The position numbers and the translations under genes were made by a program. A model generated the notes under the pieces. That model saw nothing but the letters and a program-made list of their open reading frames with translations. It had not been told where the DNA came from and did not search any database. A stretch of 64,000 nucleotides of DNA, from the NCBI GenBank assembly GCA_964385285.1, contig CAYLOJ010000002.1:67246-131245 (forward strand). Reading direction: 5' to 3'. This document shows positions 47,552-57,758 of the stretch, in pieces; position 1 is the first letter of the stretch; each line of letters begins with the position of its first letter. The DNA comes from an uncultured Gammaproteobacteria bacterium (GTDB lineage: Bacteria; Patescibacteriota; Patescibacteriia; UBA9570).

Positions 47552-48315
47552 CGATGCGCTGCGACGTCATGTACACGTAGCCAAGTAGCACCATGGGTGA
47601 CGGCTACGTCGTGTGCTGCCAGAGTACCGGGTAAGCGATCGGCTACATCTGCACCGGTCAGTTGACCAATAAATGATTTACGGGAAGCACCAATCAGTAC
47701 GGGGTAGCCTAGTTTAGTGAACTGGTTAAGCTTTTTTAAAATCAGTAGATTGTGTTCCACTGTTTTCCCAAAACCAATCCCTGGGTCTAAAATAATCTTA
47801 TTTTTTTTAATGCCAGCAGCTAAAGCCAGTTTAATTTGTTGTTGGAAAAATTTTGTGATTTCAGTAATGACATTGGTATAACGTGGTTGTTGTTGCATGG
47901 TTTGTGGTTCGCCGAGCATATGCATAATCACTACTGTGCATTTTGTTTTTGCAACCAGGGCGCGCATTTCAGGATTTCGTAAACCGGTAATATCATTCAC
48001 CCAAGTAGCGCCTGCTGCGATGGCTTGCGCTGCTACCTCTGGTTTATAAGTATCCACAGATAAAGGAGTCTGCGTTTTTCGCTGTAATCCTTGGATGACC
48101 GGAATCACGCGGTGTAATTCATCAGCCAGCGTTACTGGTACAGCGCCTGGTCGACTGGATTCGCCGCCAATATCAAGTACCGTTGCGCCTTCAGTCACGA
48201 GTTGCAATCCATGGGCAATAGCCGTTTTACTGGTAATAAATTTGCCACCATCGGAAAACGAATCCGGGGTAACGTTCACGATGCCCATCAATTTTACCTC
48301 ACTGCGCTTCGACAT
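47497..48315 (-). CDS. folP: Dihydropteroate synthase
   Basis: GIVNVTPDSFSDGG and the pterin-binding TIM-barrel motifs. Confidence 0.95.
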   Translation of the reverse strand: MSKRSEVKLMGIVNVTPDSFSDGGKFITSKTAIAHGLQLVTEGATVLDIGGESSRPGAVPVTLADELHRVIPVIQGLQRKTQTPLSVDTYKPEVAAQAIAAGATWVNDITGLRNPEMRALVAKTKCTVVIMHMLGEPQTMQQQPRYTNVITEITKFFQQQIKLALAAGIKKNKIILDPGIGFGKTVEHNLLILKKLNQFTKLGYPVLIGASRKSFIGQLTGADVADRLPGTLAAHDVAVTHGATWLRVHDVAAHRQWLEIHRSISDASASRP

Positions 48316-49072
48316 AATCGTTGAACAATCCGATTAAATCCTGTGTCACCATGCCGGGTTTGCCATTGCCGACTAAGCGCTCCTCAATTTGAACCACTGG
48401 TACCACACCAGTAGATGTTTGTGTTAAGAAACATTCATCGGCCATTAACACTTCGTCTAGGTAGATACGTTTCTGCTTCACTGTGTAGTGCTGTTCCGCT
48501 AACTGAATGATGACATTGCGCGTGATGCCGGGTAGAATGGCGTGACGCGGGGTATAGATGACATCATCTTTGACATAATAAAAATTGGCTTGCGCACATT
48601 CGTACACCTCTTTACGATGATTAATCAACAAGGCGTCATGCTGCTTACGCTCAACGGCTTGCTCGTGCGCCAAGTATTCTTGAATGCGGGCTAAACTCTT
48701 AATGCCTGGTTGGTTACGTTCTAATGTATATAAACCCACGGTCACGCCTTTCGTCAGCAGGTGGGGTGCTAATACTAGTGGCTGAGATAAAATGTAAATG
48801 CGTCCCGGAGCCGCAATCAGTTTTAAGCGTAGCTCGTCAGTGCCGGTGCAGTGTGCCTGCAACCATTGAGTTAGCAAGGTATTGCTAGCACTAATGGAGA
48901 GTTGAATGCCTTCAGCAGATCGGCGCAAGCGTTGTAGGTGGGCAGTTAGTTCAAACGGTTTTCCATGATAGGTGCGAATGGTTTCAAAGACTCCATATCC
49001 ATAATTAAATTCCACCTCTGTCCCTGTAAGAGTAATGTGCGGAATAAATTCCCCATTCAGTGAGATGTTCAT
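48299..49072 (-). CDS. pabC: Fold-type IV PLP enzyme; aminodeoxychorismate lyase by operon context (could be a class IV aminotransferase)
   Basis: Fold-IV pattern (FETIRTYHGKPF...RL..S). It sits between pabB and folP. Confidence 0.75.
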   Translation of the reverse strand: MNISLNGEFIPHITLTGTEVEFNYGYGVFETIRTYHGKPFELTAHLQRLRRSAEGIQLSISASNTLLTQWLQAHCTGTDELRLKLIAAPGRIYILSQPLVLAPHLLTKGVTVGLYTLERNQPGIKSLARIQEYLAHEQAVERKQHDALLINHRKEVYECAQANFYYVKDDVIYTPRHAILPGITRNVIIQLAEQHYTVKQKRIYLDEVLMADECFLTQTSTGVVPVVQIEERLVGNGKPGMVTQDLIGLFNDYVEAQ

Positions 49073-50103
49073 AGTAGTGAACGTAGTATAGCAGCTTTAT
49101 CCAAAGTTTCCTGATATTCGAGTTTGGCGTCTGAATCTAGGGTGATTCCACCTCCGACACAGTAAGTTAATTGGCCATGGTCGAGTTGAGCTGTACGAAT
49201 AGCAACATTGAATTCGGCATGTTGGCGGCCCGCAATGTAGCCGATAGCTCCACAATAGACACCGCGTGGCTGTACTTCTAATTGCGTTAACAGTTCAACA
49301 GCACGTAATTTGGGTGCTCCTGTGATGGAAGCAAACGGTAACATGGTTTTGATCACCTCCAGGGTACTGGTACGCGGATAGCGCTTGGCTTCGATCTCAG
49401 CTTGAGCTTGCCAGACCGTTTTGTACTTAATGAGTCGTCGTGCCTGGCGGACGCGAACACTACCCGGAATAGCAAATTGTGCTAAATCATTACGGGCTAC
49501 GTCGATGATCATATCTAATTCTGCTCGATCTTTAACACTCTTCAGTAGTGCTTGTTTTTGGCCAAGACCGACTGGTCGAGTGCCCTTGATCGGTGATGTT
49601 TCAATGTGTGTACCAGTGATGCGTAGACCCAGTTCTGGAGAGTTACTGACGAGTTGAATATCTGGGGTATCAATCAATGCACTATATGGAGTTGGTTGCC
49701 GTTTTACGAAATGCTGTAGTAACTGCTGTGGAGTCGCGTTGGTCTTCGCTGTTAACGGGTAACAGAAATTGGCTTGATAGATATCTCCAATTGCCAAGTG
49801 TGCTTTGAGATCCTTCAGTTTTTGTTGATAGGCAGTGTAGGATAGACCTTTGCATCGACTCAGTTGAAACGGAGTTGAATCCGTCAGGCGACTTAGCGGT
49901 ACAGCTTCCAAGCGATTGAATATTCCAAAGTATACGTCTTGTTCATAACTAATGTAGCCAATCGCTACTTGTTTAGCAGCCTGGCGTGAGGAGAACCATC
50001 GTTCGAGGTCTTGCCACTGCGTCAGTATTTGTTGTAAGCCGACACCTTGCCATGCCCGCTGGCCGTCGATCAACGCAAACTGGTAGTTTGCGTTAGTGGG
50101 CAT
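49069..50103 (-). CDS. pabB: Chorismate-binding enzyme, aminodeoxychorismate synthase component I (short form lacking the N-terminal domain)
   Basis: GAPKLRAVELLTQLE...GVYCGAIGYI and the C-terminal VGGGITLDSD, which are chorismate-utilising enzyme motifs. Confidence 0.8.
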   Translation of the reverse strand: MPTNANYQFALIDGQRAWQGVGLQQILTQWQDLERWFSSRQAAKQVAIGYISYEQDVYFGIFNRLEAVPLSRLTDSTPFQLSRCKGLSYTAYQQKLKDLKAHLAIGDIYQANFCYPLTAKTNATPQQLLQHFVKRQPTPYSALIDTPDIQLVSNSPELGLRITGTHIETSPIKGTRPVGLGQKQALLKSVKDRAELDMIIDVARNDLAQFAIPGSVRVRQARRLIKYKTVWQAQAEIEAKRYPRTSTLEVIKTMLPFASITGAPKLRAVELLTQLEVQPRGVYCGAIGYIAGRQHAEFNVAIRTAQLDHGQLTYCVGGGITLDSDAKLEYQETLDKAAILRSLL

Positions 50104-50680
50104 TGATCAGTTTCAAAAATTCACTACGCGTATTCAGCTGGCTTTTGAATAAGCCGCGAAACGATGAGGTAGTCACAATCGTATTCTGCTTTTCGACGCC
50201 GCGTGCTTGCATGCATAGATGCTTGGCCTCTAATACAACACCAATTCCTTTGGCTTGGAGCGCTTGATCTAAGAAATCTGTAATCTGCGAAGTGAGGCGT
50301 TCCTGATTTTGAAGCCGGCGAGCAAAAGTTTCAACGACACGGGGTAATTTAGATAACCCAATAATTTTTTTATCTGGAATATAGCCAATATGGGCCTTAC
50401 CTTGAAAGGGTAATAGGTGGTGCTCACAGGTCGAGTAAAAATCAATTTCCCGACAAGTCACCATTTCATCATATTGCTCACTATCAAAAAAAGTCAGTAG
50501 GCTAGTGGGTTCTACGGTATAGCCGCTAAATAGAGCGGCGTAGCTTTTAGCGACACGCCGAGGCGTTTCTAATAAGCCCTCGCGATTCGATTGAGGATCA
50601 ATTTCTTTTAATAGTTCGGCAATTAGTGCTTCAACCCGTGATGGATTCATAGAGATCTTGTAAAAATACTCGTTCGGCAA
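50093..50680 (-). CDS. folE: GTP cyclohydrolase I
   Basis: STCEHHLLPFQGKAHIGYIP...IGLSK...QERLT are canonical FolE motifs. Confidence 0.95.
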   Translation of the reverse strand: MPNEYFYKISMNPSRVEALIAELLKEIDPQSNREGLLETPRRVAKSYAALFSGYTVEPTSLLTFFDSEQYDEMVTCREIDFYSTCEHHLLPFQGKAHIGYIPDKKIIGLSKLPRVVETFARRLQNQERLTSQITDFLDQALQAKGIGVVLEAKHLCMQARGVEKQNTIVTTSSFRGLFKSQLNTRSEFLKLINAH

Positions 50681-51038
50681 ACCCTGGATGTGGTAACACT
50701 AGGGCATAGCCGTGGGGCGTTATGGTATCAAGTTTCCCCCCATTCCACAAGACAATGTCTAAATCGATTTCGCGATTACCCCAGTGCTCACGATTTTGGC
50801 GGCCAAGCTGCTGTTCAATGGTTTTTAAACAATCTAAGAGCTCACCGGGAGGGAGTTTAGTTTGAAAAACGATCAGTTGATTCAAGAACAGTTGATCAGC
50901 AGCACCAAACGGTTTGGTTTCGATCACTTCAGACGATCGGGTAATACTACCCAGTTGTTCTAAGGCAGTGCAGGCTTGTACTAAATACTGGGCACGATCA
51001 CCTAAGTTACTACCAAGTGCGAGATAATACTTATGCAT
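50631..51038 (-). CDS. folK: 6-hydroxymethyl-7,8-dihydropterin pyrophosphokinase (HPPK)
   Basis: YLALGSNLGDR ... WGNREIDLDIVLW pattern. Confidence 0.9.
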   Translation of the reverse strand: MHKYYLALGSNLGDRAQYLVQACTALEQLGSITRSSEVIETKPFGAADQLFLNQLIVFQTKLPPGELLDCLKTIEQQLGRQNREHWGNREIDLDIVLWNGGKLDTITPHGYALVLPHPGFAERVFLQDLYESITG

Positions 51039-51375
51039 TGTAGGTGACGGACGATGTATCGGTTTCCCACAATTGTACTGTAGTAATCGGACAGTGTGGT
51101 TTGAGCTGTTCGTAAATCCATTGGGCGACTAGTTCACACGTAGGGTTGGGGAAACGATCATTTAAATTTGTATGATCTACTAGATCGAGTACGTGTTGTT
51201 TGACCAGCTGTTTGAGATCAATGAAATCGATGGCTAAATCATCACTATTCAGTGGAGCAGAGACAGTGACGAGTAATCGATAGTTATGTCCATGCAAGTT
51301 CTCACATTTGCCATGATATTTGGTCAAAAAATGAGCTGCTGAAAAACTGAATTCTTTGCTAACGCTGAATGGCAT
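51031..51375 (-). CDS. 6-pyruvoyl-tetrahydropterin synthase family protein (QueD/PTPS paralog). Its position in the folate operon suggests a PTPS-III-type replacement of FolB.
   Basis: FSAAHFL...HGKCENLHGHNY zinc/catalytic motif at 114 aa. No folB is present in the operon. Confidence 0.85.
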   Translation of the reverse strand: MPFSVSKEFSFSAAHFLTKYHGKCENLHGHNYRLLVTVSAPLNSDDLAIDFIDLKQLVKQHVLDLVDHTNLNDRFPNPTCELVAQWIYEQLKPHCPITTVQLWETDTSSVTYNA

Positions 51376-53335
51376 AAAAGAAACTTAGAGATTGAGCCAT
51401 CGAATTAAATAGTTGACGGTCGGCTTCCGTTAATCCGGAATCACGTTGCACGGTTAGAAGATAAACTTTGTTTTGTGACAAGACAGCATAGACATCACTA
51501 TAATCGTTACCCGTAGCAATCCGTCTTACTTCTAACGGGGCTGATGGTACAAAGGCAGGAGCTTCGGTCGCTGCATCTGGTTGATTAACACTTAGCCATT
51601 GCTCGAGGGTAACTCCGGGTGCTTCATACGGTTTGATAGTGATTCCAAAGGTTGTCCAGGAGGTAGTGGAAACAAATTCAGTTTCTGGTGAATAAAATAA
51701 TACCGTATCGTCTGGTAGTACTTTATTACTTAAACTCTTCGGTACTAATACGACATAATTACTGTTGGCATAGAACTGCGTTTCGGTTTGATGCGCTCCC
51801 AACAAAGCCAAGACAGGGTTCGGATTAAAATCTCCAAATTTAGAATAAACTAGGTCACCCACAAAATGATAATTCGGGTTTTCAGGTTTAACAGTCCGCT
51901 GACCAATCGGATGATGTTTATTAATGACAAATAGCTGTTCAAGAGGCATATGCAGTAGACTATCTAGGATGGAATCAACCGTGCTGGCAGACACGGCCGG
52001 TACTTCCCATAATGGTTTACCATTAGTGTCATTCACTACTACCGTGATTGCAGGTACGTCAGGCAATACGGCAAAGGATTGCAAAATAATCTGTACAAGC
52101 ACCAGTTCCACGGGTTCAGTGACAACTGCGGGATCGTAAGTAAAGCTCACAAACAAGCCATCATCGGTAGTCGTGAAGCGGTAAGATGACAGATCGATTG
52201 GCCACTGTTGTACAATCGAACGCTCCATAGAATTATAACGCTCCCAATCTTCTGCGGTGACAGTGAATGGGGTCGACGTAGTGGGATCACTATTGGTATT
52301 AGTACCCGGATCTGTATCAGGAGTGAGAGGTGTTAAGACAAATGGTCCGTTGCCAGCCGCATAACCGAAGGGAATCAGTTTGCCGGGTGCAGTTGCTGTG
52401 AATTGTTGTACTAGCTGATCATAGCGGTTATAAATATAAAATGTGTTGCGCCATGGGTGATGGAATAAAAATTGACTACCATCTGCAGACCAAATGACTC
52501 GGGGAGTACCTACCTTATCTAAGACAGGATGGCGTTCAGTGATGGCGCCATTACGATCTACTACTACCACGGTTGGGTTAAACGGTTCAGGATTAGCATC
52601 GCTACTGGTAATGACAGCACCAAATTCATTCAATGTGATCCAAGTTAAGGAGTGGAATTGATGAAAAGCGATGCTGATCGGAGTGTGAATTTCCGCCCCT
52701 TCTAAAGTGAGAGTAATAATTTTTGTATCGTTGGCCGTGAAGGCTACTTCCGTGCTGTTTGGTGAAAATGTAAAGTTACCATAATGGACATTAGGTTCAC
52801 CTTGATAGAGTTCAGTATCCGTTCCTGTAGTGAAATCAAACAGATGGACACTTTCGGTGTAATCCTTGCGACTCAAGAAGACTAAATAGCGTTCAGTGCT
52901 ATCCACCGCCAAGGCTGGTTCAAAACCGGTAGCGTCCGTAGGGACAGGTTGTTGACTCAGCGTGCCCATGATTTGGTCTGCCGATGGGCCATGTTGGGTG
53001 ATGGTCTGGTTGGCGACGGTATACCAGTGTTGGGTTGAGGGTAGATAATTACTAAACTCAGTCGGTAGGGATTCGTCGAGGCGCTGCAGATTTTTTTCGA
53101 CAGTGTTGCTACCATAAAGAGCAGTGGAGGAGTCATTGAGGCTGATGAATAGCAGTAAACGATCGGTAGTATCAAACCAAGCGGCGCGTTCTGCTGCAGC
53201 TTGTTCAGCCTGTTGTTTAGCCAGATCAGCAGCTGTGGTATCCACGGGATGGGCAAATTTGCGCCATGCTAACAAGCCGCCCATCACAACGAGGGCAAGA
53301 ATCAAGATGGCCAGTAGCCAGCGGCGGAAGTTCAT
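51359..53335 (-). CDS. Membrane-anchored beta-propeller-like (TolB/PD40-like) protein and first gene of the folate operon. The likely start is MNFRRWLL at 53335.
   Basis: TM anchor LLAILILALVVMGGLLAW; repeated beta-strand blades (YLVFLSRKDYTESVHLFDF, VAFTANDTKIITLTL, RVIWSADGSQFLFHH). Confidence 0.55.
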   Translation of the reverse strand: MNFRRWLLAILILALVVMGGLLAWRKFAHPVDTTAADLAKQQAEQAAAERAAWFDTTDRLLLFISLNDSSTALYGSNTVEKNLQRLDESLPTEFSNYLPSTQHWYTVANQTITQHGPSADQIMGTLSQQPVPTDATGFEPALAVDSTERYLVFLSRKDYTESVHLFDFTTGTDTELYQGEPNVHYGNFTFSPNSTEVAFTANDTKIITLTLEGAEIHTPISIAFHQFHSLTWITLNEFGAVITSSDANPEPFNPTVVVVDRNGAITERHPVLDKVGTPRVIWSADGSQFLFHHPWRNTFYIYNRYDQLVQQFTATAPGKLIPFGYAAGNGPFVLTPLTPDTDPGTNTNSDPTTSTPFTVTAEDWERYNSMERSIVQQWPIDLSSYRFTTTDDGLFVSFTYDPAVVTEPVELVLVQIILQSFAVLPDVPAITVVVNDTNGKPLWEVPAVSASTVDSILDSLLHMPLEQLFVINKHHPIGQRTVKPENPNYHFVGDLVYSKFGDFNPNPVLALLGAHQTETQFYANSNYVVLVPKSLSNKVLPDDTVLFYSPETEFVSTTSWTTFGITIKPYEAPGVTLEQWLSVNQPDAATEAPAFVPSAPLEVRRIATGNDYSDVYAVLSQNKVYLLTVQRDSGLTEADRQLFNSMAQSLSFFYAIQR

Positions 53336-53381
53336 GGCGGCAATTATACCATTATTTATTTCATTATGGTAATGTACTGTT

Positions 53382-54497
53382 ATGCCTGAATTAATTGAAG
53401 AAATCAAGCAGATGCTCCAACGGATCGCCATCATTGGTGAGCAGTTGAATGTGGCGGGTATGCAAGCTAAGGTAGCGGCCTTAGAAGTGGAGATGGCTCA
53501 GCCAGAATTTTGGCAAAATCAGAGTCATGCTCAAACGGTTAGTCGTACCGTGAATGATTTACGGAAAGAGATCGCTACTTGGGAAGAACTGCAGAAGCAA
53601 TTGGGTAACTTGCAAGAGATGGCTGAACTCAATCAGCAAGAAGGGGATCTTGAATTAGCCAAAGAACTGCACGCACAATTTGCAGCTGTACAGAAACAAT
53701 TTACGGATTTGGAATTTCACCTGCTCTTTGGTAAGGAACATGATGATGCCGATGTTGTCTTGACGATCCATGCAGGCGCCGGTGGTGTCGACGCTCAAGA
53801 TTGGGCAGAGATGTTGATGCGCATGATCATGCGCTACTGTGAGGCAAAAGCATTTGGTGTGAATGTGTTAGATCTTTCTCGTGGCAATGAAGCTGGAATT
53901 AAGTCAGCCACGATGGAAATTACTGGTCGCTTTGCATATGGCTACTTAAAGAGTGAACACGGTGTGCATCGCTTGGTACGACAATCACCCTTTAATGCCG
54001 ATGCGCTGCGCCAAACCTCTTTTGCGTTAATCGAAGTCTTGCCCGATCTTGGAGAGTCTTCACCGATTGTGATTGCAGATGATGAAATTCGGATCGATGT
54101 CTATCGCGCTGGTGGCAAGGGTGGCCAAGGTGTGAATACAACTGATTCCGCTGTGCGTATTACACATTTAGCGAGTGGGATTGTGGTGACCTGCCAGAAT
54201 GAACGGTCGCAGCATCAGAATAAAGCGGCAGCCATGAAAATTTTGAAAGCCAAATTAACGCAGCTGCAACTCGAAAAGGATTTAGCCGAGAAGCAAAAAT
54301 TACGTGGTGAGGTGACTTCAGCCGATTGGGGGAATCAGATTCGTTCGTATGTGTTACATCCCTATAAAATGGTGAAAGATCATCGCACCAATCATGAAGA
54401 GTCTGATCCTGAAGCTGTGCTGGATGGCAAGCTAGAAGGGTTCGTGGAAGCCTATCTGCGCTCCACTGTGGATGCCCGTGTAACGAACGATATTTAA
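53382..54497 (+). CDS. prfB: Peptide chain release factor 2 (intact ORF with no programmed +1 frameshift)
   Basis: SPF stop-recognition tripeptide (RQSPFNAD) and the GGQ motif (AGGKGGQGVNTTDSAVRITH). Confidence 0.9.
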   Translation: MPELIEEIKQMLQRIAIIGEQLNVAGMQAKVAALEVEMAQPEFWQNQSHAQTVSRTVNDLRKEIATWEELQKQLGNLQEMAELNQQEGDLELAKELHAQFAAVQKQFTDLEFHLLFGKEHDDADVVLTIHAGAGGVDAQDWAEMLMRMIMRYCEAKAFGVNVLDLSRGNEAGIKSATMEITGRFAYGYLKSEHGVHRLVRQSPFNADALRQTSFALIEVLPDLGESSPIVIADDEIRIDVYRAGGKGGQGVNTTDSAVRITHLASGIVVTCQNERSQHQNKAAAMKILKAKLTQLQLEKDLAEKQKLRGEVTSADWGNQIRSYVLHPYKMVKDHRTNHEESDPEAVLDGKLEGFVEAYLRSTVDARVTNDI

Positions 54498-54549
54498 ATT
54501 TAGCTCGTCAATTGACTTCAGCCTGAAAATATTGCATGCTTAGTGCCAT

Positions 54550-56466
54550 ATGTGTGGCATTATCGGTTACATCGGTAAACAACCAGCCAGTCCAATTATC
54601 ATGGATGGCTTAAAACGCATGGAATACCGTGGGTATGATTCCGCTGGTTTAGCTGTGGTAGAATCGGACAGTATCGCTTGCCACAAAAAAGAGGGTAAGC
54701 TCGGCAACCTGCAAACTGAATTAGCGAAATATAATTTAACCGGTTCCGTAGGAGTGGGTCATACCCGTTGGGCTACCCATGGCAAACCAAGTGACGTCAA
54801 TGCGCATCCGCATCATGATTGTCAGGAAGAGATCTACCTGATTCATAATGGCATTATTGAGAATTATCACGATATCAAAACAGCATTACTGGCTAAAGGG
54901 CACACCTTTTACTCTGCTACTGACACAGAAGTATTGGTGCACTTAATTGAAGAACATCATAAGACATTATCTTTCGAAGAAGCATTTATTACGGCGTTGA
55001 ATGAAGTGGTGGGCACCTACGGCGTGGTCGCTATTTCGAGTAAAGAGCCTCGCAAGATTATGGCGGCTCGTCTGGGAAGTCCGATGATTCTCGGGATCAT
55101 TGGCGATGGCGAATATATGGTCGCTTCCGACGTAGCAGCGATCATGAAACATACACGCGAGGTGATCTATCTTAATGATGGCGAAGTCTGTGTGCTCACT
55201 GATGCGGGATATGAACTGAAAGATCTGAAAGCTCAAGCGGTTGAACATACCATTCAAAAAGTAGATTGGGATTTTACGCAAGCGCAGAAACAAGGCTATG
55301 AACATTTCATGTTGAAGGAGATCCATGAACAGCCTGATGTCTTAATGAACGCCTTGCGCGGCCGCATCAAACAAGAGGAGGGTTTGGCCCATATGCGAGG
55401 GTTTATTGAACAAGCTGAGCGTCTGCAAAACACTAATCGTGTGATTATTGTAGCGATGGGCACAGCATTATATGCCGGCCAGGTAGGTGAATACATGATT
55501 GAAGAATACGCCGGCATTCCAGTAGAGGTAGAATCTGCCGCAGAATTTCGTTATCGTAAACCGATTATCGATGAACATACTACGGTCATCGCCATTTCTC
55601 AGAGCGGTGAAACAGCCGATTTAATTGCAGCGGTTAAGGAATCCAAATTAAAAGGCGCCTTAGTACTTGGATTAGTGAATGTCGTTGGCAGTACTATTTC
55701 ACGCGAGGTCCATGCGGGAGCCTATTGTCACGCTGGTCCAGAAATTGGCGTTGCTTCTACCAAAGCGTTCATGGCGCAATTGACGATGCTATCATTGGTG
55801 GCGCTACAGCTAGGACGTCAGCGCGGTATGAGTGTAGTCATGGGTCAGCGTATCGCTAAAGAGTTGCTAGCGTTGCCTGAAAAGATTTCTCAAATTTTTA
55901 AACAAGAAGAGGCGATTCAAGCCTTAGCCAAGGAATATAGTCAGTACCATGATTTCTTTTTCCTTGGCCGCAAATATAATTATCCGATTGCCTACGAAGG
56001 TGCTTTGAAATTAAAAGAGATCTCATATCTGCATGCGGAAGGTTATGGCGCAGGTGATTTAAAACATGGTCCGATTGCCTTGATTGATGAGCAGTTTCCG
56101 TCCGTTGTGATAGTGCCACAAGATAGTGTCTACGAAAAAGTGATGAGTAACTTACAAGAGATCAAAGCCCGCAGTGGTCGCGTGTTAGCGATTGCTACGG
56201 AAGGTGATACTCATATTAAGGAGATCGCTGATGACGTGATCTATATTCCCAAGACACTCGAGATGCTAACACCATTATTAGCAATTGTGCCGTTACAGTT
56301 ATTTGCCTATTATGTGGCTAAAGAATTAGGCCGCGATATCGATCAGCCACGCAACCTTGCCAAATCGGTTACAGGAGAGGAATCGAAGCACATAGAGCGC
56401 TACCAACTGGGGCGCTTTTTGTGTATTCTGCCAATTTTAAACTCCATCGGTCTCAGTTGGGCTTAG
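54550..56466 (+). CDS. glmS: Glutamine--fructose-6-phosphate aminotransferase, with a C-terminal extension of about 30 aa beyond the usual ...AKSVT(V)E end
   Basis: N-terminus MCGIIGYIG (Ntn Cys) and two SIS domains. The extension spans a terminator-like hairpin AGCGC-(11 nt)-GCGCT-TTTTT at 56396-56420. Confidence 0.95.
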   Translation: MCGIIGYIGKQPASPIIMDGLKRMEYRGYDSAGLAVVESDSIACHKKEGKLGNLQTELAKYNLTGSVGVGHTRWATHGKPSDVNAHPHHDCQEEIYLIHNGIIENYHDIKTALLAKGHTFYSATDTEVLVHLIEEHHKTLSFEEAFITALNEVVGTYGVVAISSKEPRKIMAARLGSPMILGIIGDGEYMVASDVAAIMKHTREVIYLNDGEVCVLTDAGYELKDLKAQAVEHTIQKVDWDFTQAQKQGYEHFMLKEIHEQPDVLMNALRGRIKQEEGLAHMRGFIEQAERLQNTNRVIIVAMGTALYAGQVGEYMIEEYAGIPVEVESAAEFRYRKPIIDEHTTVIAISQSGETADLIAAVKESKLKGALVLGLVNVVGSTISREVHAGAYCHAGPEIGVASTKAFMAQLTMLSLVALQLGRQRGMSVVMGQRIAKELLALPEKISQIFKQEEAIQALAKEYSQYHDFFFLGRKYNYPIAYEGALKLKEISYLHAEGYGAGDLKHGPIALIDEQFPSVVIVPQDSVYEKVMSNLQEIKARSGRVLAIATEGDTHIKEIADDVIYIPKTLEMLTPLLAIVPLQLFAYYVAKELGRDIDQPRNLAKSVTGEESKHIERYQLGRFLCILPILNSIGLSWA

Positions 56467-57758
56467 CGGCTTGGCTGTTATTTATGGCCGGGGTCGCGCA
56501 GTGGCCCTGGTTGAGCTTATATGTAGGAAGCTGTGTGGTGGCTGCTTGTTATCAACGTACGCAACGTTGGCTGGTATTACTATTGCTCTGTGTGGTCGGA
56601 GGGGTTGGTTCACTGCATTATACTAGTTATGTAACTCCGACGGTTTATCAAGACGGAGTTGAATTTGCGGATGTCGTCATCGTGGATCGCTTGCCGGTTT
56701 TACATGATGGCAAACAACGGTTAGTGGTCATTACGGATAACGGGGAACATCTGCAAATCGATGCAGATCTTTATCCGGCATTTGCGTATGGTGATCGTGT
56801 ACAATTAAGTTGTACAATTCGTTTGCCTGGCCTCATTGAAGGTTTCGATTACGGAAAATATTTGGCCCGTTACCATATCTCAGCACTGTGTGACGACCCT
56901 ACGTTAGAGTTCATACAATCCCAGCAAGGTAATGCATGGATTAGTAAAGTATATTGGTTGAGGAATACCTTAAAGCAGCGCGTCGAACAATTGTGGCCAG
57001 AGCCGATGGCCGCATTAATTTTGGGTGTCCTGATTGGCGAGCAAGATACAATTCCACAATCGATCTATACCGATTTTCAACGCGCTGGAGTGGTGCATAT
57101 TTTAGTGGTTTCCGGCATGCATGTTTTAATTTTGGTGCAGTTGTTAAAACGCTTAACTAAACAGTTGCCGCGCTCGGGGCAGTTGGCAGTAATTATCGGT
57201 GTGCTGGTAGCGTTTTGTGTGTTGACCGGTTTTTCTGCCACAGTGATTCGAGCAACCGTGATGGGTTCGATTCCTTTGCTTGGAATGTTTATTGGTCGGC
57301 CACATCGAATTCATCTAACCCTGGCTTGGGCAGCCGCGTTAGTCACGGTGTTTAATCCATATATTCTCGTGCATGATGTTGGCTTTCAATTATCGTTTTT
57401 AGCGACTCTGGGTTTAGTTTATGTGACACCACATGTGCAACGCTTTACTCAGTGGACTCCTGAAACGTTTAGTCTTCGTGAAACGGTGACCACCACGATT
57501 GCTGCCACCACCACAACCGCTCCGTGGATTGCTCATATTTTTGGGACATGGTCGAACGTAGCATTGCTGGCTAATATCATTGTCATTCCTATTTCGAATT
57601 TAATGCTGTCTGCAGGAGCAATGATTACCGGTTTGTCTTGGGTGTTTCCAAATGCTGCTCAACCGTTGGCTCAATTGTTAGGTACGGCAGTGGCGTTGAT
57701 GATTCAGTATGTTGCGTGGTGCGCACATTTACCTCATGCCTATGTCCAAATTTTCTAA
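56421..57758 (+). CDS. comEC: ComEC/Rec2-family competence-channel protein covering the DUF4131 and Competence TM domains only. The GTG at 56421 is a possible start; the ATG at 56484 is an alternative.
   Basis: LILGVLIGEQDTIPQSIYTDFQRAGVVHILVVSGMHV is the ComEC competence-domain signature, among multiple TM helices. Confidence 0.75.
   Translation: MYSANFKLHRSQLGLAAWLLFMAGVAQWPWLSLYVGSCVVAACYQRTQRWLVLLLLCVVGGVGSLHYTSYVTPTVYQDGVEFADVVIVDRLPVLHDGKQRLVVITDNGEHLQIDADLYPAFAYGDRVQLSCTIRLPGLIEGFDYGKYLARYHISALCDDPTLEFIQSQQGNAWISKVYWLRNTLKQRVEQLWPEPMAALILGVLIGEQDTIPQSIYTDFQRAGVVHILVVSGMHVLILVQLLKRLTKQLPRSGQLAVIIGVLVAFCVLTGFSATVIRATVMGSIPLLGMFIGRPHRIHLTLAWAAALVTVFNPYILVHDVGFQLSFLATLGLVYVTPHVQRFTQWTPETFSLRETVTTTIAATTTTAPWIAHIFGTWSNVALLANIIVIPISNLMLSAGAMITGLSWVFPNAAQPLAQLLGTAVALMIQYVAWCAHLPHAYVQIF

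Noticed and set aside
53382-54497. Programmed +1 frameshift site in prfB
   Set aside because: The ORF is continuous from its ATG with no in-frame UGA near codon 26. An intact RF2 with SPF also argues against UGA recoding in this organism.
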